A stretch of 64,000 nucleotides of DNA from Alphaproteobacteria bacterium (GCA_045605805.1 JAZUQR010000021.1:85336-149335); one strand, 5' to 3'. Shown: positions 19,540 to 30,481, numbered from the stretch's first letter. Numbers and translations are program-made. The notes: generated by a model from the letters alone, not told the origin.

Positions 19540-20019
19540 ATGATCATGGCGACAATTCATTGTATGTGCGGTTACATCGGTTTTGGAAAAACAACTGTTG
19601 CAAGAAAATTAGAAAAGCAATATAACGCGAAACGTTTTACCCCTGATGAGTTGATGATACAACTATATGGAACGGATGTAAGTTGCGACTTTATGGATAA
19701 AGCAAATCAACTGAATATATATATCTGGAAAGAAATAGAAAAATCTTTGCAACAGAAACAAGATGTGATTTACGATGCTGGCTCGTGGAGTATTCAAGAT
19801 AGACAATATGTTATGCAAATGTCCAAAAAATTGAAAGCAAATGTTGTTTGGCATCAAGTGCAATGTAGTATAGAAACTGCCAAAAAACGTACTTTAACAA
19901 GAGCACAAAAATTAGGAGAGTTGTCTATTGATGAAAAATTTTTTGATGAAAATTTAAAAAACTATACTCCTATTGAAACAAAAGAGCACTTAACTGTTGT
20001 TTTTCACAAAGGTGACTAA
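19540..20019 (+). CDS. AAA_33-type P-loop kinase
   Basis: CGYIGFGKTT Walker A, DVIYD; own promoter TTGACA-16-TAAAAT at 19496-19523; GGAGG RBS. Confidence 0.8.
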   Translation: MIMATIHCMCGYIGFGKTTVARKLEKQYNAKRFTPDELMIQLYGTDVSCDFMDKANQLNIYIWKEIEKSLQQKQDVIYDAGSWSIQDRQYVMQMSKKLKANVVWHQVQCSIETAKKRTLTRAQKLGELSIDEKFFDENLKNYTPIETKEHLTVVFHKGD

Positions 20020-20224
20020 TACAATAAATAATATAAAAGTAGCTAAAAAAATGGGATTTAATACGGTACTATGTAATCAAGACAAAAGAATACCAGAAGC
20101 AGATTATAGTATGACTCAATCAGAAACACAATTGGCACAATGCATAGAATTTTTTGCCCTTAAGCATGCAAACAAGTTAACATTTATTCAAGCCCCTCGT
20201 TGCGTCAATACTGTTAGATCTTAA
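19997..20224 (+). pseudogene. C-terminal fragment of a HAD-like hydrolase
   Basis: NIKVAKKMGFNTVL...EADY; no N-terminal half. Confidence 0.35.
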
Positions 20225-20238
20225 AACCTTTTATTTTT

Positions 20239-20496
20239 TTAAACGCTTGGATGTTTGTGTATAACATTGTTAAGTTGATTCGCAGATAATACGCCGTTCC
20301 ATCTACCCGTATACAGCTGCAACTCCACATTACAACATTTTTCTAGCCTCGAAGAAATCCTCTTCCATAAACACTTTTCTTTTGTTGGATCATGTACAAT
20401 AAAATGAAAAAACTCAACACCTAATTCTGTATAATGATTTAGATATTTCTTTAATAGAGTATCATTTTCGCCAATGACTGAACATAAACGAATCAT
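20239..20496 (-). pseudogene. Truncated GT2-like glycosyltransferase N-terminus
   Basis: ENDTLLKKYLNHYTELGVEFFHFIVHD; only 85 aa. Confidence 0.5.
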
Positions 20497-21053
20497 TTAT
20501 TTAACTTTCTCACTGGTTTTGCTGGCGCACCATAAGCAAGCGTATTAGCTGGAATATTCTTAGTCACAACACTCCCTGCACCAATCACTGAGTTAGCACC
20601 AATTTTCACGCCACCCAAAATTGTAACATTTGCCCCAATCCAAACGTTGTTTCCAATCTCTATCGGAGCAGCAGTTTGCCATCCTTCAGCGCGTTCTTTA
20701 GGATTAAGAGGATGTGTCGCTGTATACAAACCGACATATGGTCCTACGATGACGCCATTCCCAATTTTAACCAAGGCCCCATCTCCTATTGATAAATGAT
20801 GGTTAAAATAACAATTATCGCCGATTTCTGTGGCCTGTCCATAATCTACATTCATTGGAACTTCAAACCAAGTATTTTTCCCTAATTTTCTAAACAGTTT
20901 TGGTAATAATTCCTCATGTAAGCGCATTGTTTCCTTTGGACCACAAGCATTGACTTCTTTCAGCAAAAATGCGGCCTCAATTTTTGCTCCTTGCAACTCA
21001 TCTTCATAACCTTTGTAGCGAACTCCACACTTTATCGGTAATTTTGTCATCAA
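20493..21053 (-). CDS. Maltose/galactoside O-acetyltransferase family
   Basis: VDYG, LYTATHP, IGNNVWIGANVTILGGVKIG, GAPAKPVR. Confidence 0.9.
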   Translation of the reverse strand: MMTKLPIKCGVRYKGYEDELQGAKIEAAFLLKEVNACGPKETMRLHEELLPKLFRKLGKNTWFEVPMNVDYGQATEIGDNCYFNHHLSIGDGALVKIGNGVIVGPYVGLYTATHPLNPKERAEGWQTAAPIEIGNNVWIGANVTILGGVKIGANSVIGAGSVVTKNIPANTLAYGAPAKPVRKLNK

Positions 21054-21363
21054 GACCTCCTTTTTAGGAAATTATATATCAAAATGAATCAATTAGCAAT
21101 ATGAGTTTCAAAGTGATATTAAGAAAAAGCAAATCCCTCGTCAAGCGACAAGGGAGATGTGATAAAAAGGGGAGCTGTCTTCAAGGTGTATTTATAGGGT
21201 GGATTGGTTTAACATTGTCTCCAGCTGTTCCTTACTCACACCATTTTTGTAAAAGATGTTCTCCAAAGCACTAACCCTATGTTTAAGTGTGGCAAGTTCT
21301 GCCTCTAACTTTTGAACACGCATGGTTAGTTCCTGATTAGATAGGACTAAATCAGTTCGTTCA

Positions 21364-21392
21364 TTGACAAATAAAGTAAAAGAATGTAAAAT
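21364..21392 (+). promoter_or_regulatory. Sigma70 promoter
   Basis: TTGACA-17-TAAAAT upstream of the S66 gene. Confidence 0.7.
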
Positions 21393-21415
21393 ATTTCAAA
21401 ATCCAAGGAGGGAAC

Positions 21416-22492
21416 ATGAAAACACTGATAAAACCAAAAGCATTAAAAACGGGTGATACCATTGCCAGTATTTCTTTGTCATCTGGAACTGCTGGTTTAT
21501 TTCCAAAACGGTATGAACAAGGCGTCAAACAAATTGAAGAATCCTTTGGGGTAAAAGTTATTCCTACACCGCATGCCCTTTGTTCCCCTGAAGAAGTTTA
21601 TGAACATCCAGAATGGCGATTGGCGGATTTTATGTGGGCTTTTGAAAATCCTGAAGTGAAAGGTATCTTGTCTAATATTGGCGGAGATGATACCCTTCGT
21701 ATGTTACCTTTAATGAACGAAAAGCACTTTGAAACCATTTATAATAATCCCAAAATTTTTATGGGACTGTCAGACACAACGGTCAATCACATGATGTGTT
21801 TGAAAGCTGGTCTTACAAGTTTTTATTCCCCATCCTTGCTGTTTGGCTATGCAGAAAATGGGGGGATTCCTGACATTATGGTAGAAAATACAAAGAAAAC
21901 TTTATTTTCAACCACCCCTGTGGGAATCTTGCCCGAAAGTAAAGAATTCATTGTAGAAAATGTAGATTGGGGATTAGACAGTCCCCCTATGCGTGAAAGG
22001 ATTCCTTCAACTCCATGGCGTTATATTCAAGGAGATTCCGTTGTCTGTGGCCCCTTGATTGGTGGATGTGCAGATGTTATGATGAATACAATTATTGGAA
22101 CAAAGTTGTGGCCAGAACTGGATGATTTTAACAATGCTATTTTGTTCTTGGAGGATTCTGAAGAACAACCGCCTGCGGATTGGGTACTGTATTGGATGAG
22201 AAATCTGGGGGCTCAAGGTATTTTGGAACGATTGTCAGGACTTTTATTTGCCCGTCCTGGAAATGCTCGCTTTCAAAATAAAGAAGAAGAACAAAAGTGG
22301 TTGGCTAAATATCCTGAATTTGATAAAGCAATCTTAAAAGGATTGAAAGAGTTTGGCAGAACAGATTTACCTGTCGTCACCAATATGGATTATGGACATA
22401 CCTTGCCGCAACTCATTCTTCCCTATGGTGTTATGGCTGAAATTAATCCACAGAAGAAAACTGTTTCACTGCTGGAAAGTGGTGTGATATAA
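21416..22492 (+). CDS. S66 peptidase (LD-carboxypeptidase / MccF-like)
   Basis: KPKALKTGDTI, IGGDD, GLSDTT (Ser), LFLEDSEE (Glu), DYGHT (His). Confidence 0.92.
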   Translation: MKTLIKPKALKTGDTIASISLSSGTAGLFPKRYEQGVKQIEESFGVKVIPTPHALCSPEEVYEHPEWRLADFMWAFENPEVKGILSNIGGDDTLRMLPLMNEKHFETIYNNPKIFMGLSDTTVNHMMCLKAGLTSFYSPSLLFGYAENGGIPDIMVENTKKTLFSTTPVGILPESKEFIVENVDWGLDSPPMRERIPSTPWRYIQGDSVVCGPLIGGCADVMMNTIIGTKLWPELDDFNNAILFLEDSEEQPPADWVLYWMRNLGAQGILERLSGLLFARPGNARFQNKEEEQKWLAKYPEFDKAILKGLKEFGRTDLPVVTNMDYGHTLPQLILPYGVMAEINPQKKTVSLLESGVI

Positions 22493-22561
22493 TTATTTGA
22501 TTCCAAAAATGAATCACGGGGGGATAAATACCTTTATAATCAGTGGTGGAACACTAAAAAA

Positions 22562-22720
22562 ATGTGATAAAGCCTTTCCACGAGTCCGGTGGCAAGGGAG
22601 GCATTTGTGTTGCGCAGACAGGACACAAGAGACAATCCCGAACAAAGCGAGGGATAAATTGTGCGTCAGCCAATTTACATACACCGATTGTTAAAAATCG
22701 CAAATTATCGGACTCTTAAA
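22562..22720 (+). repeat. Dispersed intergenic repeat, copy D
   Basis: ATGTGATAAAGCCTTTCCACGAGTCCGGTGGCAAGGGAGGCATTTGTGTTGCGCAGACAGGAC...TATCGGACTCTTAAA. Confidence 0.9.
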
Positions 22721-22774
22721 TCAAAAAATAACCTCTACCCGAATAATGGTAGAGGTTTTGAAAGAGATTCAATA

Positions 22775-23260
22775 CTATCCTATCTTTTGTTCCAAAGGAT
22801 CTGGACCATACTTATTCGGCCCTTTTGTTCCTTTAACAAATAACTGAATTAAAGACAATAGAGCAAAACCCCATTGTGCATAATCGTGAATATATGCAAC
22901 TGTTAGGAAAAGCTCCATTTGTTTTGTTAATAATGCAAGCAAATAAAAAAATGGTAGGATAGAACAAGCAAATGTGATCAAACACATCCAACCGGATAAG
23001 TTCAAGTCGTGCCATCTTTTAACACATACCATTAGATATTTCCAATAGAGATACCCTGCCCACGCTATAAACAATATACCAACAGCAATACCAGCAAATT
23101 CTCCTACCATTCCTGATACAAAACCAGAAGTAAATGTTCCAAACAATAAAACTAAGAAAGTATATACGAATATGCATATAGAACTTATTAAATACTCTTT
23201 TCTATTGACACGTCCAACAGGACTATTAGGCTTTCCCCATGCGGGATTATCTTTAGACAT
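22775..23260 (-). CDS. DUF805 (YhaH-like) membrane protein
   Basis: GRVNRKEY, VKRWHDLNLSGW, GTKGPNKYGPDP. Confidence 0.9.
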   Translation of the reverse strand: MSKDNPAWGKPNSPVGRVNRKEYLISSICIFVYTFLVLLFGTFTSGFVSGMVGEFAGIAVGILFIAWAGYLYWKYLMVCVKRWHDLNLSGWMCLITFACSILPFFYLLALLTKQMELFLTVAYIHDYAQWGFALLSLIQLFVKGTKGPNKYGPDPLEQKIG

Positions 23261-23328
23261 TTTACAACTCCTTTTTTAAGATTAAACACATATCCATGTA
23301 ATCATAAATTAGAAATTATGTCAACACC

Positions 23329-23490
23329 TTTCTCAATTTCTCTTTTAATTCTTCTGTGAGTTGAGTCCGATACTGCGCAAAGCAGCCCGCACCATGTGAT
23401 AAAGCCTTTCGCCAAGTCCGGTGGCAAGGGAGGCATTTGTGTTGCGCAGACAGGACGCCGTAGACGGTCCCGAACAAAGCGAGAGATAAA
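23329..23490 (+). repeat. Dispersed intergenic repeat, copy C
   Basis: Collinear with copy B but lacking its internal hairpins. Confidence 0.9.
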
Positions 23491-23555
23491 AATGAGTTGA
23501 CATATGTTGAGCATACAATATAATAAATTGAAACAATGCAACACAAGGTATCACC

Positions 23556-25736
23556 ATGGCAAAATCTACTTTTGATCAAATTAAAAAACAAAATGGAGAA
23601 CGATTTGCAAAGGCTATTCGTGCCTACGATAACGGCATTTTTGATATCCCGAATATTGTAGAAATACTAAAATACGCAGGGTCCGAAGCCGAACCCATTA
23701 TGCAGTATTTAGTTTCATTAAAAAACATTAAAATTGAAGAACACGCCGTTCACAAGGACCCAATAACACTGCTTTCAGAAGCTGGATATGATGCCTATTA
23801 TGCTGATACATTGGAAAAGCAAAATGCCATTCAAAAGTATTATACCCCAAAAGAGGAATTATGCACTTTTAGAGATCCAACCCGATTTGTGAGATATTTT
23901 ATCATCAACGCAATCAAAAAAGATGTAGCCAACATTAAAAGAGAAGATTTTAAGGGAAAAGAAAAAAGGGAAGATCAATATGGAACATCAGTTCTGTCTA
24001 TCCAAATCTTAAAAAACGGTGGTTTTATATCCATCAAAAATCGCTATAACCACACCATTGAAAATCCAGATAATACTTTTAATTCAAATCCTGACAACAT
24101 TATCTATGGATTGTCCGATGCGATTAAACATCATTTTCATGTTGATTTTTCTGCAAAAGAAACACCGTTACCGGACAATTTTATAGCGTTAAATGATAAA
24201 ATCATACGTTTTAATTTTGAACAAGACGACATCTATTTTGGGGATAATTTTTATGTAAAAAATGGAATAATTCACCCCATAGATCGTGATAAAGAATTGT
24301 TGTTGGATTCTTTTCTTTTTAATACAAAAACCAAAGAGATTAAAAATATATCTTCCTCTCATACAGACTCATTGCCTGATGTGTTAATGAACGAAATCAA
24401 AAACAAGAAAATTCAAATAACAAAAGCCCCTCTGAAACCCGATGGGAAATCGGCTTATTGGGTAAAAGCTGATAACATACCAATTATCCTTGTTCAAGAC
24501 GGACGAATAACCGAACTAAATCTCCCCAACACAACACAAATAAAAGATAATTTTGCCCTCTGTTGCCACCAGATAACAAAATTGACCGCCCCCATATTAA
24601 AAAAAATAGGAAACCATGTCTTAGAAAATTCTTACATTGAAGAGTTAAATATACCACAAATACAACATATTGGTTCCTATTCTTTGAGACAAATCTATGC
24701 AGAAAATGTAGAATTATTAAATTTAGAAAGTATAGGAGATTTTTCTATGGAAAACTTCACAGGACAATCTCTTTACATGCCTTGCTTGAAAAAGGCAGGA
24801 AACTGTTTTCTTTGCTTGGCACCAGATCTAAAAAATTTAGATGCCCCTCTTCTGACAACGCTTAAAAAAGAAAGTCTTCAGCATACTGAATTACAAAAAC
24901 TTTATCTTCCTTCACTGATTTCAACAGAAGACGATGTTCTGAGATACAGCTCGTATTTGGAAACATTGGATTTTCCAAAATTACAAACCTTAGGCAATCA
25001 ATGTTTATATGACTGTAAGAAGTTAACAACCTTAAATGCGCCCTCGTTAAAAGAAGTGGGAGACGAATGTTTTTTCCACTCGCCCAAACTTCAAACACTC
25101 AATTGTCCTAATTTAGAAAAAGTGGGAACTTATTTTTTACACTCTAACAGCGCACTAAACAACCTCTCTCTGCCGGCATTAAAACAAGCAGAGGCATATT
25201 TTCTGCGCACGAATCATTTATCAACATTGGATTGTCCACAATTAGAAGTGATAGGAAATGACAGTTTATCTAACAGCAATAACTTATACTCTATCAACTG
25301 TCCAAAGTTGAAAGAAGTAGGACAAAACTTTTTGCGAAAATGTGGCAAAGAAGAAGAGTCGTATCTTATAATAGACGATACCCCCAAATCACCAACAACA
25401 GCAATGCCTAAATTAAAACACCTAAGTCTGCCCAATCTACATAAAGTTGGAAAAGGTTTTCTTGAATACAATGTGGAACTAGAAACCTTGAATGCGCCCC
25501 TTCTAAAAAAAGCAGATATAAGTTGCCTGAAAAGCAATGATCATTATCAAACAAATGCTCCGGCATTGAAAACCAACCTTCCAACAAATCGTCATTTAAC
25601 ATTGACCAACATTTTAGAGTCGGCTCCACCCAATCAGCCTCATCCAAACCCAACAAAAGAAATCACAAATACACAAAAAACCAAAGGCTATGTACAACAC
25701 ATTCAAAAAAATAGCAAAAGAGAGTACAGAGTATAA
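23556..25736 (+). CDS. BspA-type leucine-rich-repeat protein with an uncharacterised N-terminal domain
   Basis: Many ~22-aa LxxLxxPxLxxVGxxFL repeats; promoter TTGACA-16-TATAAT at 23497-23524. Confidence 0.85.
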   Translation: MAKSTFDQIKKQNGERFAKAIRAYDNGIFDIPNIVEILKYAGSEAEPIMQYLVSLKNIKIEEHAVHKDPITLLSEAGYDAYYADTLEKQNAIQKYYTPKEELCTFRDPTRFVRYFIINAIKKDVANIKREDFKGKEKREDQYGTSVLSIQILKNGGFISIKNRYNHTIENPDNTFNSNPDNIIYGLSDAIKHHFHVDFSAKETPLPDNFIALNDKIIRFNFEQDDIYFGDNFYVKNGIIHPIDRDKELLLDSFLFNTKTKEIKNISSSHTDSLPDVLMNEIKNKKIQITKAPLKPDGKSAYWVKADNIPIILVQDGRITELNLPNTTQIKDNFALCCHQITKLTAPILKKIGNHVLENSYIEELNIPQIQHIGSYSLRQIYAENVELLNLESIGDFSMENFTGQSLYMPCLKKAGNCFLCLAPDLKNLDAPLLTTLKKESLQHTELQKLYLPSLISTEDDVLRYSSYLETLDFPKLQTLGNQCLYDCKKLTTLNAPSLKEVGDECFFHSPKLQTLNCPNLEKVGTYFLHSNSALNNLSLPALKQAEAYFLRTNHLSTLDCPQLEVIGNDSLSNSNNLYSINCPKLKEVGQNFLRKCGKEEESYLIIDDTPKSPTTAMPKLKHLSLPNLHKVGKGFLEYNVELETLNAPLLKKADISCLKSNDHYQTNAPALKTNLPTNRHLTLTNILESAPPNQPHPNPTKEITNTQKTKGYVQHIQKNSKREYRV

Positions 25737-25791
25737 TCCATTCAACCATAAAACAAAAAAAAGCCTTGAACAATCAAGACCTTTTAAGAAA

Positions 25792-25878
25792 TGGTGCCCA
25801 GGAAGGGACTCGAACCCCCACTCCTTTGACAGAACCAGCACCTGAAGCTGGCGCGTCTACCAATTTCGCCACCTGGGC
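25792..25878 (-). tRNA. tRNA-Leu(CAG)
   Basis: GCCCAGGTGGCGAAATTGGTAGACGCG..CCAGC-TTCAGGT-GCTGG..GGTTCGAGTCC..CTGGGCACCA. Confidence 0.97.
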
Positions 25879-25933
25879 AATAACCATATCTTACCTTAAA
25901 TCACACCAAAAGTCAAGCACATTTTCCACACCT

Positions 25934-28270
25934 TTATTTTCCTTTTGAAAGAGGTTTCACCAAAGCCTGAGCCAACACTTCTTCAATATGACCAACCAAA
26001 ACAATGTTCAAACTTTGCTTCACATTTTGTGGCAACTCGTCCAAATCATTTTTGTTTTCTTTGGGAATGAACACCGTCTGAATACCAGCACGCAAAGCAC
26101 CCAACAGTTTTTCCTTCAAACCACCAATGGCCAAAATCCGCCCCCGCAAAGTAATTTCTCCGGTCATAGCCACCTGTTTTTTCACAGCAATACCTGTTAA
26201 AGCAGATACTAAGGCTGTAATAACAGCCACACCACTGGATGGCCCTTCCTTAGGTTGCGCCCCTTCTGGCACATGAAGGTGAATATCCTGCTTGTTCAGT
26301 TTATCCTCAACAATACCGAATTCGTCTGCATGAGCCCGCACATAGGAACGCCCTGCTTCCACCGTTTCCTTAAAAACATCCCCCAATTTACCGGTCAGCA
26401 TAATCTTGCCCGTTCCAGACATGGTTAAAACTTCATGGGGCATAATACCACCGCCCACCTCCGAATAGTACAGGCCGTTGCACACACCGACTTGATCTTC
26501 TTTATCCGCCACACCAAAGAAATGACGAGGCACACCGGCATATTTTTTCACATTTTTGGAAGTAATCACCACACTACCAACAGATTTGGTTTGAATCTCT
26601 TTCACAACCTTTCGGGCAATCTTGGCAATTTCTCTTTCCAATTGGCGCACACCGGATTCCATAGTATAAGAACGAATCAGCTCTAACACAGCGGCCTCAT
26701 CAAAACTCAATTCACCTGACTTTAATCCGGCCAATTCCAATTGTCGAGGAATCAAATGACGCTTGGTAATTTCTACCTTTTCATCTTCTGTATAACCCGA
26801 CAAACGAATCACTTCCATCCGATCCAACAAAGGACTTGGCATCCGAGAAACATCATTGGCAGTACAAATAAACATCACATTGGATAAATCATAATCCACA
26901 TCCAAATAGTGATCAGAAAAAGTTTTGTTTTGCTCGGGATCCAACACCTCCAATAACGCAGAGGCAGGATCACCCCGATAATCATTGCCAACTTTGTCAA
27001 TTTCATCCAATAAAAACAGCGGATTGATATTGCCAGCCTTTTTCATACTTTGCACAATCTTCCCCGGCATCGCCCCAATATAGGTGCGTCTGTGGCCACG
27101 AATTTCGGCTTCATCATGCATACCGCCCAAACTGGCCCGAACAAAAGTCCGCCCTGTTGCCCGTGCAATAGATTGCCCCAAACTTGTTTTACCAACCCCC
27201 GGAGGGCCAATCAAACATAAAATAGACCCCTTCACATGACCGGTTCGTTTTTGAACAGCCAAAAACTCCAAAATACGTTCTTTAACCTTGTCCAAGCCAT
27301 AATGATCTTCATCTAAAATCTTTTCGGCCTGTTTCAAATCAAGTTGCAATTCCTTTTGTTCGGCCCAAGGTAAAGCCACCAACCATTCAATATAGTTGCG
27401 AATGACACCGGCTTCAGCCGACATATTCCCCATAATCCGCAATCGTTTTAATTCGGCCAACGCCTTTTCCGTTGCTTCTTGTGACATTTTGGCTTCTTTG
27501 ATTTTTTTCTCTAATTCCCCAAACTCACTGGCATCATCAGCCGAATCACCCAACTCTTTTTGAATGGCCTTCATCTGTTCATTCAAATAGTATTCTCTTT
27601 GGGATTTTTCCATCTGTTTTTTCACCCGTTTGCGAATGTTTCTTTCCACATTCAAAACTTCAATTTCCTTTTCCATAATCCCAAACAAAGCCGATAAGCG
27701 TTCCGTTAAAAAAACAGTTTCCAAAAGTTTTTGCTTTTCTTCAGCCTTAATAACCAAATGGGTGGCCACAACATCAGCAAACCGAATGGGGTTTTTCACA
27801 TTCAACACAGCCGTAATAATTTCAGGCGAAACAACACCGGACAGTTGAATATATTTTTCAAACTGATCCATCACCGAACGCATCAAAGCATCCACTTTGG
27901 TGGCATCTTCGTCTTTTTCCGGCATAGAGGCCGCATGAGCTTCAAAATAAGGTTCGTCTTGAGTCCAATCCATTACACGAGCCCGATTGGTCCCTTCCAC
28001 CAAAATCTTAATTGTCCCATCCGGCAACTTTAAGAGCTGTAAAACATTCGCCAAAGTCCCCACACGATATAAATCACCTGTATGTGGCGTATCCATTTGT
28101 GAATCTGTCTGAGCAATCAAAAGAATCTGTTTTTTTTCACTCATCGCATGTTCCAAAGCGGCAATAGACTTGTCACGCCCCACAAACAACGGTACAACAA
28201 CCCCCGGGAACACAACAATATCCCGCAAAGCCAATACAGAATAAATACCATCAACAGCTTTTTCTACCAT
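25934..28270 (-). CDS. lon: Lon protease
   Basis: LRDIVVFP N-domain, GPPGVGKTS, RRTYIGAMPG, PKEGPSSG catalytic Ser. Confidence 0.98.
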   Translation of the reverse strand: MVEKAVDGIYSVLALRDIVVFPGVVVPLFVGRDKSIAALEHAMSEKKQILLIAQTDSQMDTPHTGDLYRVGTLANVLQLLKLPDGTIKILVEGTNRARVMDWTQDEPYFEAHAASMPEKDEDATKVDALMRSVMDQFEKYIQLSGVVSPEIITAVLNVKNPIRFADVVATHLVIKAEEKQKLLETVFLTERLSALFGIMEKEIEVLNVERNIRKRVKKQMEKSQREYYLNEQMKAIQKELGDSADDASEFGELEKKIKEAKMSQEATEKALAELKRLRIMGNMSAEAGVIRNYIEWLVALPWAEQKELQLDLKQAEKILDEDHYGLDKVKERILEFLAVQKRTGHVKGSILCLIGPPGVGKTSLGQSIARATGRTFVRASLGGMHDEAEIRGHRRTYIGAMPGKIVQSMKKAGNINPLFLLDEIDKVGNDYRGDPASALLEVLDPEQNKTFSDHYLDVDYDLSNVMFICTANDVSRMPSPLLDRMEVIRLSGYTEDEKVEITKRHLIPRQLELAGLKSGELSFDEAAVLELIRSYTMESGVRQLEREIAKIARKVVKEIQTKSVGSVVITSKNVKKYAGVPRHFFGVADKEDQVGVCNGLYYSEVGGGIMPHEVLTMSGTGKIMLTGKLGDVFKETVEAGRSYVRAHADEFGIVEDKLNKQDIHLHVPEGAQPKEGPSSGVAVITALVSALTGIAVKKQVAMTGEITLRGRILAIGGLKEKLLGALRAGIQTVFIPKENKNDLDELPQNVKQSLNIVLVGHIEEVLAQALVKPLSKGK

Positions 28271-28459
28271 ATTTTTCACCTTTCGTTTATAGTATATATA
28301 TGTATGCAAGAAAATAAAAAGTCAACAAGGGATTGACATTTTTTTTCAAAAGAACTAAAATCCCCCCAAAAAGGAGAAAAAATGTTCACATTTGCAGAGT
28401 TTTGGGTACCATTATTCTTTCTTTGTATCTATTCCGGCATTTTAAGCGGAAAGTAAAGA

Positions 28460-29185
28460 TTATTGATGGGTCAATTTTTTTGGCCCTTCCTCGTCAATCT
28501 CTTGTAATGAGAAAACATTTTCTCCGTGTTCAAGCCGATTTAATAAGTCCGCTGGCGAACAACCATTTTGCAATTGTTTTTCAACCACCTGTTGTGCCAA
28601 CGCCTTGATAACCGCCTCATTAGAAGATTCTTGCAACTTTAACTTTTTAGCCAACTTATCTTCCATAAACCGCCTGTAAAACCGAGCAAATTCATACACA
28701 GGATGCCCGCCTTTTGTGTACGAAGCCAATCCTTGCAAATAAGTTTTTCTGTCTGCCAATGCATGAATCCCATCGCCATTGACATCACGATATAAAAACC
28801 AATCGTTCATAATTTCGGCCAAAATACTTTGTTGAACCAAAGCTCTCCGAATCCGCCCAAAATCAATCATTTTGGACTGGGGATTTTCCTGTCTGATTTT
28901 GATTTCATGGTCAAAAAAAGTAAATGTTTCATGCCCCAATCGTTTTGGATCCAACATAGAACAGGTTGTCAACAAAGCAATCAACCCCATCTTTAATTCT
29001 TCGTTGACTTTATAGGTAATCTTTGCGGGAAATTGGCGCACTTCAGGGTTATATTGAGCCTGATGAATGGCAAACTGATTCAAGGTTTCCAACAACTGCA
29101 TCTGTTCATCTGTCACGGGAACAGAGGTGGATAACTGCACTTCATTCTCTTGTTGTAATGCCTGATTCAATGATAACTTCATCAA
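28460..29185 (-). CDS. Hypothetical protein between clpX and lon
   Basis: 241-aa ORF, 9 bp after the clpX stop. Confidence 0.7.
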   Translation of the reverse strand: MMKLSLNQALQQENEVQLSTSVPVTDEQMQLLETLNQFAIHQAQYNPEVRQFPAKITYKVNEELKMGLIALLTTCSMLDPKRLGHETFTFFDHEIKIRQENPQSKMIDFGRIRRALVQQSILAEIMNDWFLYRDVNGDGIHALADRKTYLQGLASYTKGGHPVYEFARFYRRFMEDKLAKKLKLQESSNEAVIKALAQQVVEKQLQNGCSPADLLNRLEHGENVFSLQEIDEEGPKKLTHQ

Positions 29186-29194
29186 GTCCCCCGT

Positions 29195-30481
29195 TTATGC
29201 AGAAGCCTTTTCCTTGTTATAAACAAAACAAGGTTCTTCCAAATTTTCCACCACTTTTTCGTTGATAACCACTTTTTCCAGATTTTCCATATCCGGCAAT
29301 TGATACATCAAATCCAACAACAACCCTTCCAAAATGGCTCGCAACCCTCTGGCACCAGTTTTGCGTTTCAACGCCTGTTTGGCCAAAGCCTCACACGCCT
29401 TATCGGTAATATCCAATTCAACCCCTTCCATTTTGAACAAGGCTTGATATTGTTTCACCAAAGCATTTTTGGGTTCAGTTAAAATCTGCACCAATGCCTG
29501 TTCATCCAAATCCTGTAAAGTGACATGCACAGGCAAACGACCAATAAACTCTGGAATCAAACCATACTTTAATAAATCATCTGGTTCCAGTTTGTCCAAC
29601 AAAGCCCCTACACTTTTTTCTTCTTGGGTTTTCACTTCGGCCCCAAAGCCCACAGAATAAGCGGCATCCCGTCTGGCAATCACCTTTTCCAAGCCGTCAA
29701 AAGCCCCCCCACAAATAAACAAAATATGTTGCGTATTGACCTTGATGTATTCTTGGTTTGGATGCTTACGACCACCTTGCGGGGGCAAACTGGCAACCGT
29801 TCCTTCAATCATCTTCAACAACGCCTGTTGCACCCCCTCACCCGACACATCCCGAGTGATAGAAGGTCCATCAGCTTTTCTGGAAATCTTGTCAATTTCA
29901 TCAATATAAATAATACCCCGCTCGGCCTTTGCCACATCATAATTGGCGGCCTGTAAAAGTTTCAAAACAACATTTTCCACATCTTCGCCCACATATCCGG
30001 CCTCGGTTAAAGTGGTAGCATCCGCAATCGCATACGGCACATCCAAAGTCTTAGCCAAAGTTTTGGCTAATAAAGTTTTGCCCGACCCCGTCGGCCCCAC
30101 CAATAAGATATTGGATTTTTCCAATTCCACATTATTATCTTCCGTAAGATTTTTTAAGCGTTTGTAATGATTATATACAGCCACACTTAAAACCTTTTTT
30201 GCCTTTTCCTGACCAATCACATAAGCATCCAAAAAAGCCTTCAATTCCTTTGGTGTTTTCAGTTTTTGAGCCTCGGTATTGGGCAATTCCATCTGTTCTG
30301 ATTGTTGAGTCTTTTCTCCTTCAACAATAATATCTTGACACAACCCCACACATTCATCACAAATGAAAATGGTTTCGGTTTTGCCTTCCTCTGTCCTGAC
30401 AGACTTACCGGCAATCAACTTTTTCACTTCACTTTGACTTTTTCCGCAAAACGAACAATACAATTTTTTATCTGAACTCAT
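29195..30481 (-). CDS. clpX: ATP-dependent Clp protease ATP-binding subunit ClpX
   Basis: CSFCGK zinc finger, [23 protein letters not shown]. Confidence 0.98.
   Translation of the reverse strand: MSSDKKLYCSFCGKSQSEVKKLIAGKSVRTEEGKTETIFICDECVGLCQDIIVEGEKTQQSEQMELPNTEAQKLKTPKELKAFLDAYVIGQEKAKKVLSVAVYNHYKRLKNLTEDNNVELEKSNILLVGPTGSGKTLLAKTLAKTLDVPYAIADATTLTEAGYVGEDVENVVLKLLQAANYDVAKAERGIIYIDEIDKISRKADGPSITRDVSGEGVQQALLKMIEGTVASLPPQGGRKHPNQEYIKVNTQHILFICGGAFDGLEKVIARRDAAYSVGFGAEVKTQEEKSVGALLDKLEPDDLLKYGLIPEFIGRLPVHVTLQDLDEQALVQILTEPKNALVKQYQALFKMEGVELDITDKACEALAKQALKRKTGARGLRAILEGLLLDLMYQLPDMENLEKVVINEKVVENLEEPCFVYNKEKASA

Noticed and set aside
16350-23490. Repeat family as a CRISPR array or classical integron attC sites
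   Set aside because: Spacing is kb-scale and irregular; no cas or intI gene; no RYYYAAC/GTTRRRY ends recognised
19094-23591. Short ORFs sharing VCATQMPPLPPDL (19122-19406, 23302-23544, 22497-22694 and others)
   Set aside because: Translations of the non-coding repeat in different frames; not conserved as one reading frame
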